Source: an uncultured virus (IMG/VR IMGVR_UViG_3300050188_000002)
Taxonomy: Duplodnaviria; Heunggongvirae; Uroviricota; Caudoviricetes
Direction: 5' to 3' (one strand)
DNA: 64,000 nt
IMG/VR virus record: IMGVR_UViG_3300050188_000002
The notes below the pieces were generated by a model. That model was given only the letters and a program-made list of their open reading frames with translations, had not been told where the DNA came from and did not search any database. Below, one piece after another: positions 38,322 to 47,284 of the stretch (positions are counted from its first letter, which is position 1; every line of letters starts with the position of its first letter). The position numbers were made by a program, and so were the translations under genes.

Positions 38322-39309
38322 TAAACAATATATAAACATGATTTCCCCTCGATTAGAGGGGTTTTCTTGGATAGGTTCTAACACTGCTAACTTTAGATGC
38401 CCCATATGTGGCGATTCTAAAAATAACAAGAGAAAGCGCCGAGGGTACATCATACATGGTAAAAAGGGATATGGGTATTGCTGTCATAATTGTGGTACTG
38501 GAATGACATTTAGGAATTTCCTAAACAGCATTGCACCAGATCTTTCATCTATGTACAAATTAGATTTGATACGAAATAGATCAAACACAGAGGTACAAGA
38601 GGTAAAACATGTATTAAGGAAGCAACAAATAGTTTCCATAACGGAACTTTCTATACCAATTTCAGTTTTACCTGAGGATCATAAAGCAAAGCAATACGTA
38701 AGAAGTAGGCGCATTCCTGATCCATATATTAAAAAACTATTTTATACACCAAATTTTGGTAAAATGGTTGAAATATTAACCAAGCAGACTATCAAAGTAG
38801 AAGATGAAAGATTGGTCATACCATTCAGAACAAAAGATGGTAAAATTTTTGCTTTTCAAGGTAGATCATTAGACCCAAAAAGTGATATAAGATATATAAC
38901 AATAAAATTAGATGAAAGTATTCCAAAGATTTATGGGTTGGATACCGTAGATACAACAACCGATGTGTACATTGTTGAGGGTCCTATCAAGAGTATGTTT
39001 CTAAGAAACTCAGTTGCGGTTGCCGGTGCAACAACATCTAACATAGGTGAGTATATCCCGCACGACAACGCTGTTTTTTGTTTTGATAATGAACCAAGAT
39101 CACCCGATATAGTAGATCTTGTTGAAGATCGCATAAATGACGGGTATAAAGTAGTGATTTGGAATGATTACAATTATAAGTCTAAAGATATAGACGACGC
39201 AATCGTAAAAGAAGGAGCAACAATTGAAGAAATCGAAGAATATATTAAGTCGCACACGTTCAAAGGCGTCAAAGCCAAACTTGAATTTGCAAAGTGGAGA
39301 AAAGTCTAA
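38305..39309 (+). CDS. DNA primase, gp61-like
   Basis: NFRCPICGDS zinc finger, CHNCG, FQGR, VEGP, FDNEPR, KDI. Confidence 0.95.
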   Translation: MSEFLDKQYINMISPRLEGFSWIGSNTANFRCPICGDSKNNKRKRRGYIIHGKKGYGYCCHNCGTGMTFRNFLNSIAPDLSSMYKLDLIRNRSNTEVQEVKHVLRKQQIVSITELSIPISVLPEDHKAKQYVRSRRIPDPYIKKLFYTPNFGKMVEILTKQTIKVEDERLVIPFRTKDGKIFAFQGRSLDPKSDIRYITIKLDESIPKIYGLDTVDTTTDVYIVEGPIKSMFLRNSVAVAGATTSNIGEYIPHDNAVFCFDNEPRSPDIVDLVEDRINDGYKVVIWNDYNYKSKDIDDAIVKEGATIEEIEEYIKSHTFKGVKAKLEFAKWRKV

Positions 39310-39325
39310 AAGTATACATGATTTA

Positions 39326-39517
39326 ATGTGCCTAGGAGACAAGCTAGAAACTTATTTTCCAGAATATAAAATGGAATCCTATAAGTTATCCAATGGAATT
39401 CAGTATAGACTTATAGGTAGAGGTCATAGTATCGGTTTTATACAAACAACCGAGTCCGATGATGAAATGTTTGCTAGGTTTTTAAACGCTATTGAATATA
39501 TGAGAACTACTAAATGA
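39326..39517 (+). CDS. Small hypothetical protein (start uncertain)
   Basis: Short ORF filling the gap after the primase. Confidence 0.35.
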   Translation: MCLGDKLETYFPEYKMESYKLSNGIQYRLIGRGHSIGFIQTTESDDEMFARFLNAIEYMRTTK

Positions 39518-40315
39518 TCAGCCGACGATAAAATTCGGAAGTGACCCAAATCTTCCTTTAAAACACTCTTCGTCTAGAGTTTTAAGTTCTTCTATTGCTT
39601 CTGCTTTAAGATCTTTTCCATTAAACTGGATATTGCCTGGCATTTGTAAGCCTTCAAATTTGCTCAAATTTCCGGCCCATATTTTTTTAATAGAAGCGGT
39701 GCAATACCGGCTTAGGAAATCGTCTGACCAAAAAGAATTCTGCATCGGAGATTGATCTTCATTCACCGCCCTATAACATTCAACCATTACAAATTGTCCT
39801 ATCTGGAATTGATCCGGCGATGCATCGATATAACAACGTCCTAAGTAACGGTCAAATCGAACTGGTCTGGATCTAGTGTTAGAAACCGCCTGCATCTCGC
39901 TGAAGTACTGTTGAAGCTGCATTGAGTAACTCAAATATCCGGAACCAAGAGCAGTTGATCCTGTGGTTGCAAAACTCCATGTTGACCCCGGTGTCATAAC
40001 TACGCCGAACCCAGGAACAGATATACCGCCACCATAAGTAGGCGAACCAAGTAACCCACCAGATAGGGCAAATGCTCTGATTGTGTGTGTTACATCATTT
40101 GGTAGTGGAAAGAACCCATTATTAAGGTCGTCTTTTGTTAACTTATGAGCATAATATGCGTGATGTGTTCCGTAAATACCAACACGCTGAATCCATTGAA
40201 CAGACTTATCAACCACATCTTCAACCTGCTGTTGAGAAACATTGATAGTTATAACGCCTTTTCCGAGCTGTCTCAAACACCATTCGCTGAATTCTTGTCT
40301 AGTCTGTGGGAGCAT
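39518..40315 (-). CDS. Neck protein, gp13-like
   Basis: CLRQLG..VI.INVS..Q.ED...W..NLSKFEG.QMPG..FNG...F.VG. Confidence 0.9.
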   Translation of the reverse strand: MLPQTRQEFSEWCLRQLGKGVITINVSQQQVEDVVDKSVQWIQRVGIYGTHHAYYAHKLTKDDLNNGFFPLPNDVTHTIRAFALSGGLLGSPTYGGGISVPGFGVVMTPGSTWSFATTGSTALGSGYLSYSMQLQQYFSEMQAVSNTRSRPVRFDRYLGRCYIDASPDQFQIGQFVMVECYRAVNEDQSPMQNSFWSDDFLSRYCTASIKKIWAGNLSKFEGLQMPGNIQFNGKDLKAEAIEELKTLDEECFKGRFGSLPNFIVG

Positions 40316-40388
40316 ATATGCCTTTTTTAATATTTATCTTGACACTTCGGGCCAAATGTCTATAATCAAGGTCAAACAGGAATATTAT

Positions 40389-40721
40389 ATGTCTAAGTCT
40401 ACCAATCCTAAAATATCCAAAGCAAAGAAGAAAGCCATTCCAATAAAGAGAAAGCGCCAAAGTAAGGCAGCGAAAGAAAATATATCTAAGAATGACGAGT
40501 TATTTACCAAGAGCCCTCACTACATTACACCACAACAACTCGAAGGTAAGATAATTGAGGCGGTCAGAAAGGATGGCATGTATAAGACATATCTTGAGGC
40601 TGCAAGTGATGTTATGGTAGAGTTGGGGTTAGAGGCTGATTTCTTTGAAACGTTGTTAACTCCGGTTATTAAACGCCTTATAAAGGAGGACGCGATTGAA
40701 TACAACTTCAGAAAAAAGTGA
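40389..40721 (+). CDS. Late transcription coactivator, gp33-like
   Basis: IE..V....TYLEA...LLTP.IK..I..DA...NF in the gp33-gp59-gp32 gene order. Confidence 0.65.
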   Translation: MSKSTNPKISKAKKKAIPIKRKRQSKAAKENISKNDELFTKSPHYITPQQLEGKIIEAVRKDGMYKTYLEAASDVMVELGLEADFFETLLTPVIKRLIKEDAIEYNFRKK

Positions 40722-41376
40722 GCCTACAGGGTTCGCTACTTATAGGTTGCACAGGGCATTGAAGTTGCATCTTACAACTGATTATGACTTTCTAAAATAT
40801 GATGGATGCGTTCCAAACATCACTTATAAGAAGTTTGATTCTGAAAAAATGAAATATCACTATGCGAAGTTTGAGACAATTCATAATTTATCTGAGATTC
40901 CGAAATATATTCTAGCAAACCTAATGATTCAACCGAATATCCAAGCGGTTGATTTTCTTACTCCAGAGTTTAAAAAGAACTATCTAACATATTGCGGCAG
41001 AAGAGAATCAATGAAATACACATATTTAACTGATCTGCGGTCTCTATTTCCTAAAGGAGATCAAACCAATGACATTGAGATACAAAAAGTTATTTGTGAT
41101 GTAGGAACATTAAAGGGGGTATCACCTCCTATTATATCAGAAGTTATATCCAGAAGAATATCCCCGGAAAGTTTCATCATATTAGACCATATCTTTGGAA
41201 TCTGTAAAAAAATGGATCTTTTAGGAGTAGATTGTGTGAATCCATTATGGAGGACTTACAAAAAAAGAATTTTAAAATATAAGATGTTTTTTGTTGTAGA
41301 TGACATAAATACGTTTGTCAATATAACAAAGGATTATTTGGGGCCCCAAATAAACAAATTCATTGACAACGTTTAA
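40696..41376 (+). CDS. Helicase loader, gp59-like
   Basis: GF.TY....ALKLH.T.DYDF.KY.G...ISPESFIILD...KY..F. Confidence 0.85.
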   Translation: MNTTSEKSEPTGFATYRLHRALKLHLTTDYDFLKYDGCVPNITYKKFDSEKMKYHYAKFETIHNLSEIPKYILANLMIQPNIQAVDFLTPEFKKNYLTYCGRRESMKYTYLTDLRSLFPKGDQTNDIEIQKVICDVGTLKGVSPPIISEVISRRISPESFIILDHIFGICKKMDLLGVDCVNPLWRTYKKRILKYKMFFVVDDINTFVNITKDYLGPQINKFIDNV

Positions 41377-41427
41377 TAAAAGCGTAAAATAAAGTCTAAA
41401 TAACCACTAAATAAAAGGAGAAATAAA

Positions 41428-42396
41428 ATGCAAGACTTTGATACATATTTGGCCAAGGATAAAGTAGTAACCGGAAACTTCAAGGCTAAGACCGAAAAGA
41501 AGAATCTAGAAGATTTGATTGATGCTCGTTCATGGTTTCCAAAACTAGATGAGAAAACCGGCAGTGCAACCGCTCTTATTCGCTTCCTACCTGGAGATGG
41601 AGTAGCACCAAATGATATCCCATATATCACTTGGTTCATGCATAGCTGGAAGAACCCAGTAACAGAGCGCACTTATTACTCACCCTGTAATACAACTCCC
41701 GGAAGCCCACATCGCGGTCCAAAGGGATCAGAACCATGTGCAATGTGCTTTGAAAATAAGAAGTTATGGGAACAGGGACCAAGCGGTAAGACTCAGGTTC
41801 AGGGTATTAATGGTGCAAACGCTAGAAAGCGTCGTCAGCGTTATATGTCAAACATCTTAGTAATCAAGGACCCAACCAATCCATCAAACGATGGTAAAGT
41901 AATGTTGTTTGAATATGGGCAGAAGATTTTTGATATGCTAGAAAACGCATCCAAAGGCGATGAACTAAATGCTGGATTTGATCCAGAAGATTTGACCACT
42001 GGGGCAAACTTCAAACTAGTAATTCGTAAGGTTGAAAACAATGCCAACTACGACCTCTCTAAATTCGAAAATCAGTCACCATTGTTCGGTGGTGATAAGG
42101 AAAAGCTCCGCGTTGTCTGGAATGCTCGCCATAGTCTAACTGACTATTTCAACGGAACCGACCCAAAGGGTCTTAAGTGGAGAACTCCAGAAGAATCGGC
42201 AGAATATCTAGCTTGGGTAAACGGAGTTGAAAAGGCTCCAAAGATTGATGAAAAAGCAGCCGAATCTCCTTCAACTCCAGAAAAGGCTAAGGTGCTGGCT
42301 GCTCCAGTTGTTGCCGAGGTTAAGTCTGATTCATATTCAGATTTGCCATCAGATGATGACTGGATTAAAGCTGCGGCTCGCGGTTCAGTAGGCTAA
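41428..42396 (+). CDS. Single-stranded DNA-binding protein, gp32-like
   Basis: D.R.W.P, IRFLP, NILVIKDP.NP.N.GKV.LFEYG.KIFD, GANFKL, acidic tail. Confidence 0.95.
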   Translation: MQDFDTYLAKDKVVTGNFKAKTEKKNLEDLIDARSWFPKLDEKTGSATALIRFLPGDGVAPNDIPYITWFMHSWKNPVTERTYYSPCNTTPGSPHRGPKGSEPCAMCFENKKLWEQGPSGKTQVQGINGANARKRRQRYMSNILVIKDPTNPSNDGKVMLFEYGQKIFDMLENASKGDELNAGFDPEDLTTGANFKLVIRKVENNANYDLSKFENQSPLFGGDKEKLRVVWNARHSLTDYFNGTDPKGLKWRTPEESAEYLAWVNGVEKAPKIDEKAAESPSTPEKAKVLAAPVVAEVKSDSYSDLPSDDDWIKAAARGSVG

Positions 42397-42458
42397 ATAC
42401 ACTTCGAAGAATTACTCTTAATTGGGTAATCCTTCTTTCAAACATCAAACAAAACAAT

Positions 42459-42749
42459 ATGGCAAAATTCAAAGTTATTTCAAGTTCCGACGAAAAGGAA
42501 TTTAAACAAGAAGCATCAGATTCAACTCCTATCATAAAGGTAGAATCCGCTTCACCGGTCCAAGAACAACCGGCAGATTTCAATTATTACGTAGTTGTAT
42601 GGGAATCTGGAGTAGCATCAATTTCTCCTGTTAGGGGTTGGTGTGTATTTAAAAAAGAAAACCACCGTGATATGATCTCTCATATCAAATCAAACATTGC
42701 GCCAATTGCGCCAAATGGTTATAAGATTTTCACCGCGAATATGATTTGA
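42459..42749 (+). CDS. Hypothetical protein
   Basis: 96-aa ORF. Confidence 0.55.
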   Translation: MAKFKVISSSDEKEFKQEASDSTPIIKVESASPVQEQPADFNYYVVVWESGVASISPVRGWCVFKKENHRDMISHIKSNIAPIAPNGYKIFTANMI

Positions 42750-42829
42750 ATGGTAATCTTCCAAGTATATAATAGACGCTATAATGCGTCTGTTATTTTT
42801 CATGTCTTAAATTTAAAGAAAGTTATAAA

Positions 42830-45292
42830 ATGCAAGTTAAGAAAAAGAATGGTTCTGTTGAAATTTTTGATCATGCAAAGATTAATAAATCAGTTCAAAG
42901 ATTATGTGCGGGACTAAATGTATCTGCATCCGAGATTATTTTGAACGCTAGAATCCCAGAAAAGGCAAAGCGCACAATCCCATCACAGGAAATTAAAGAA
43001 TTAATTGAACTGTCAGCTGCATCTGAGACATGGAAAAATATCGATGCATCATATGTTGCTGCTCGGCAACGCCTTGATTTGATGTATGAAAAGGTATTCG
43101 GAGCTGGCGTTTGCTCAGAAACTTTTCTAGAAGATTATAGAGCGGCATTTGTTAGAGGTTTAAAGAAAGCCGTTAAACAAAAATTATTCTCTCCCAACGT
43201 TCTAACTAAGTTTGATCTGGAGCGATTAAAAATGGCTCTAAAGCCAGAACGAGACGAAGCATATCTATGGCATTCTCTTAAGAAATTAGAATCAGGATAT
43301 CTCGCTAAAGACCGCAATGGTAAGATTTTTGAACTTCCACAGACTTTCCATATGCGCGTTGCAATGGGTGTTTCTATGAACGAAGAAGACCCCACCGCCC
43401 ACGCCATCAAAGTATATGAAATTTATTCTACGTTTAGAGCTGCTGGATCATCCCCTACTCTATTTAATACTTGTTCTACATACCCACAATTGAGTTCGTG
43501 TTATCTACAAGAAGTTCCAGATTCTACGGATGGTATTATGGATGGTATTCATCAGGCCGCCCGCAAATCTAAGCACGCCGGAGGTCTTGGATTCCATATG
43601 TCTAAAATTAGAGCCTGCGGGGCCGCTGTAACTTCTACTAATGGCGAATCATCAGGCATCATACCATTTATTAAATTGTATAATCAGATGTTAATTGCTT
43701 TTAATCAATCTGGTAAGCGTCCGGGGGCTGGTTGTGTTTATATAGAACCGTGGCATCTTGATGTAGAAGATTTTATGGAACTTCGCCGTAAAGATGGCGA
43801 TGAACTCAGTAGAGCCCATCAAATCAATACTGCTATTTGGTATCCAGATCTATTCTTTAAGAGATTGGAAGCGCGTCAAGATTGGACTTTGTTTTGTCCA
43901 TCTGAAGTAGCAGACCTTCCTGATCTATTCTCTGAACAATTCGAAACGAGATATAAATTATATGAACGCATGGCTGAAGAAGGTAAGATTAAGAACTTTA
44001 AGAAAATCCCCGCTGTAGTTCTATGGCGCAAGCATATTGAAAATCTATTTGAAACCGGACATCCTTGGATTACATATAAGGATAACGCAAACGAACGATT
44101 TCCAAATAGACATCGCGGCGTTATTCATGGATCAAATCTATGTACTGAGATTTTCTTATCAACAAAACAATCTCAGTATGCTCAATACGGCAATAAAGAA
44201 GAGATTGGCGAAACTGCCGTATGCAATCTTTCTTCTATTAACCTAGATGTTCATACTTCTAAGAAGGGGGTAAATTGGGATCTATTAAAGGATACGGTTA
44301 AAGCTATTGTTAGATGTTTGGATAACGTAATTGATATTAACTTTTATCCTACCGAAGAATCTAAGAATGGCAACGATCTTAATCGTCCTGTAGGATTGGG
44401 TGTAATGGGTTGGTTTGAAATGTATACTAAACTTGGCATCCCACAAGACTCAACAGAAGCTATAGCATTAACTTCTCAAGTTATGGAATTCATTTCTTAT
44501 CATGCTATTATAACTTCTCACGAACTTTCTAAAGAGCGCGGAATATACAAAACATTCGAAGGATCTGATTGGTCTAGGGGCATCCTGCCGATTGATACTT
44601 ATAATCATATGATTGATAAGAAAGAGAATTCTGTTAAAATAACTGTTCCTGAAATTATGGATTGGGCTCCGGTTAGAGAAATGGTCAAAAATGGTATGAG
44701 AAATTCATGTTTAATGGCAATTGCTCCAAATGCTTCCATCTCTTATTTATTAGGCTGTACTGCTTCTGTAGAAGCACCATTCGCTATTATCGCTTCATAT
44801 GATACTGGCAATGCAAAGTTTAATATTGCCACCCCAATAATATCTGATATTCTTAGGCCATTTTGGTCTTCATCATTGGCGGATAAGATTGTTGAGAACC
44901 GTGGCAGTATTCAAAATATTGAAGAAATACCAAATCATATTAAACTTCTATTAAAGACTGCTTATGAAGTAGACGCGACAAACTTCATAATGGTGAATGC
45001 GGCTAGACAGAAGTGGATAGATCAAGGTATTAGTTTCAATATGTATTTTGAAACTAAATCTCCGAAGGTTATTTCTGAAGCCTATAAATTAGCTAATAGA
45101 GTCGGATTGAAGTCTACATATTACTTCTATGGTAGATCGGCATCTGAGACTCGTAAAATTGCTAAAAATGATGATCGCCCAGATGTCCCAATTTGGATTC
45201 ATAAAGGGTTTTCTACTGAAGAAGAATGGAAGGCTGCTGCTATGGTATGTTCCTTAGCAAATCCGGGATCTTGCCAAAGTTGTGAAGGTTAA
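42830..45292 (+). CDS. nrdA: Ribonucleotide reductase alpha subunit with ATP cone
   Basis: SPTLFN, LSSCYL, SNLCTEI, VCNL, APNAS, KSTYY, C-terminal CQSC. Confidence 0.97.
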   Translation: MQVKKKNGSVEIFDHAKINKSVQRLCAGLNVSASEIILNARIPEKAKRTIPSQEIKELIELSAASETWKNIDASYVAARQRLDLMYEKVFGAGVCSETFLEDYRAAFVRGLKKAVKQKLFSPNVLTKFDLERLKMALKPERDEAYLWHSLKKLESGYLAKDRNGKIFELPQTFHMRVAMGVSMNEEDPTAHAIKVYEIYSTFRAAGSSPTLFNTCSTYPQLSSCYLQEVPDSTDGIMDGIHQAARKSKHAGGLGFHMSKIRACGAAVTSTNGESSGIIPFIKLYNQMLIAFNQSGKRPGAGCVYIEPWHLDVEDFMELRRKDGDELSRAHQINTAIWYPDLFFKRLEARQDWTLFCPSEVADLPDLFSEQFETRYKLYERMAEEGKIKNFKKIPAVVLWRKHIENLFETGHPWITYKDNANERFPNRHRGVIHGSNLCTEIFLSTKQSQYAQYGNKEEIGETAVCNLSSINLDVHTSKKGVNWDLLKDTVKAIVRCLDNVIDINFYPTEESKNGNDLNRPVGLGVMGWFEMYTKLGIPQDSTEAIALTSQVMEFISYHAIITSHELSKERGIYKTFEGSDWSRGILPIDTYNHMIDKKENSVKITVPEIMDWAPVREMVKNGMRNSCLMAIAPNASISYLLGCTASVEAPFAIIASYDTGNAKFNIATPIISDILRPFWSSSLADKIVENRGSIQNIEEIPNHIKLLLKTAYEVDATNFIMVNAARQKWIDQGISFNMYFETKSPKVISEAYKLANRVGLKSTYYFYGRSASETRKIAKNDDRPDVPIWIHKGFSTEEEWKAAAMVCSLANPGSCQSCEG

Positions 45293-45307
45293 TTGAAAGG
45301 AATTAAA

Positions 45308-46333
45308 ATGATTAAAATACTAGATGAAATTGACACGCATGTTGCATCGCTTAGAACTGCTCGATGCCAATGGGCTAATGAAATGTTTAAGAATGGTCAA
45401 AAAAACGATTGGACTCCATTCCAAATGGAATCCCAGATGGCCGAAGATGCCAAACAATGGCGCACTAAGGATTTTTTAACTGAGGATGAACGTCTTATGG
45501 TTAAACGAGTATTGGGATTATTCGCCGCCGGTGAATCGTGCGTATCATCCTCTGTACAAAAGGTCGAGTCGATATACATTACTGATGCGGCATGTAGACA
45601 ATACCTTTTGCGTAAGAGTTTCGAAGAAGGGTTACATAATTATACAGTAATGGTATGCTGTAATGCATATTCATTAGACGAAAACGAATGTATACTTGCA
45701 TATAGGAATATTCCTCAAATAGCAGCAAAAGAAAGATATATGGCATCTGCGATAGATTCTATTTCTGAATCTAAAACATTTGATATTAATACAATTAGAG
45801 GAAAACAAGATTTTGTTAAAGTTATGGCTACTTTTTATTTAATAGTTGAGGGGTCTTGGTTTTTCACTAATTTTGTTGTTCTTTTAAGTATGGGTAAACG
45901 CGGGAAGTTGAAGGGGTTATGCAAGCAAGTAGATTACACAATTCGTGATGAGACTCTTCATGTAGAGTTTGGCTGTAAGGTATTAAAACAAATACGTGCT
46001 GATTATCCTGAAATATTTACGGCTGAATTTGAGGATGAACTTAATCGTCATCTTCTAGATGGAATTGTGTTAGAAGATTCGTATATTAAGTCTATTCTTC
46101 CAAATGGAATATTAGGGGTTGATTCTGATATGTTATTTGAATTTTGTAAATATCAAGCGAATTCTGTATTCTCTGATGCTGGTATTAAATTGAAATTTAA
46201 TGGAGTTAAAAACCCTTTTCCATGGTTAACTGAAGTTAATGATACGCCTACTAAATCGAATTTCTTCGAATCTCATAGTACTAATTATCAGAATAAATCT
46301 GCATTGAACCAGGAAGATTGGGATGAAGTGTAA
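45308..46333 (+). CDS. nrdB: Ribonucleotide reductase beta subunit, class Ic-like
   Basis: FAAGES, EEGLH, VEGSWF, RDETLH, NFFE....YQ. Confidence 0.93.
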   Translation: MIKILDEIDTHVASLRTARCQWANEMFKNGQKNDWTPFQMESQMAEDAKQWRTKDFLTEDERLMVKRVLGLFAAGESCVSSSVQKVESIYITDAACRQYLLRKSFEEGLHNYTVMVCCNAYSLDENECILAYRNIPQIAAKERYMASAIDSISESKTFDINTIRGKQDFVKVMATFYLIVEGSWFFTNFVVLLSMGKRGKLKGLCKQVDYTIRDETLHVEFGCKVLKQIRADYPEIFTAEFEDELNRHLLDGIVLEDSYIKSILPNGILGVDSDMLFEFCKYQANSVFSDAGIKLKFNGVKNPFPWLTEVNDTPTKSNFFESHSTNYQNKSALNQEDWDEV

Positions 46334-47236
46334 AATTACTACTATAGATTTCATAAATAAATCAACAATAATACATGGTGGGTTTTATTTATATAATGAA
46401 AAAGACATAAAGTACCAATAATATGCCCGATTCATGGCGTATTTAAACAAGAAGTCAGACAGCATATTAAGGGCGGGATATGCTTTAAATGCGGGACATC
46501 CAAGCAAGTCAAAGCCCGAACATTTAGCGCTGATGATTTCATAAATAAATCAAAATTTATCCATGGAAATTTATATGATTATTCTAAAGTCGAATATATT
46601 AATGCCAGAAAAAAGGTTGAAATAATATGCAACCTCCATGGGTCTTTTTATAAACAACCATACAAACATTATGCTGATGGTTGTGGTTGCCCAGAATGTT
46701 CCAAAAAGAATAATTCTAAAATAGAAACTTTGATAATGAATTATTTAAAAGATGTCGGAATACGTTATGAACAACAAAAAGTATTCAAGGATCTTAAATG
46801 TAATTGGTTTCTAAGGTATGACTTTTATCTTCCTGAATATAACATATTAATAGAATATGATGGAGAACAGCATTTTATTGGGGCTATATTTGGAGGTAAA
46901 TTTGATAGTAAAGAAGAACAAAGTATAGTCAAGCGATATAATTTGTTTAAAACTAAATGTAATGACCTCATTAAAAATTTATATGGTATTACTAATGGAT
47001 ATACTGTTTTGAGAATTCATTATAAAGATGCTAAAGTTTTCAAACAGATTATTAAATCGGTTCTTGATAATAGAGTTGGCGGGTCGATAATTTTTTCCCC
47101 TGCTTATAACGCTGTGCCTATATTTAATAAAGATATAATATCTATCAGTTCACAGGAAAAAGAGATAACCACGTATAAGATCGGCGCTTCTGTTGATGAT
47201 GTTGCTGAATTTGACTTCGGAAACATAACACTGTGA
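46323..47236 (+). pseudogene. Homing endonuclease (zinc repeats plus PD-(D/E)XK/Vsr-like domain), frameshifted near 46400
   Basis: The ATG 46323 frame stops at YQ*; another frame carries IICPIHG and YDYSKVEY..IICNLHG repeats into YDFYLPEYNILIEYDGEQH. Confidence 0.7.
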
Positions 47237-47284
47237 AGATAAAACCCAAGGCTTAACCTTGGGTTTTCTTGTATAAATAGTAGT

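Noticed and set aside
42830..45292. Intein or intron in nrdA
   Set aside because: Length and motif spacing are normal, with no insertion evident.
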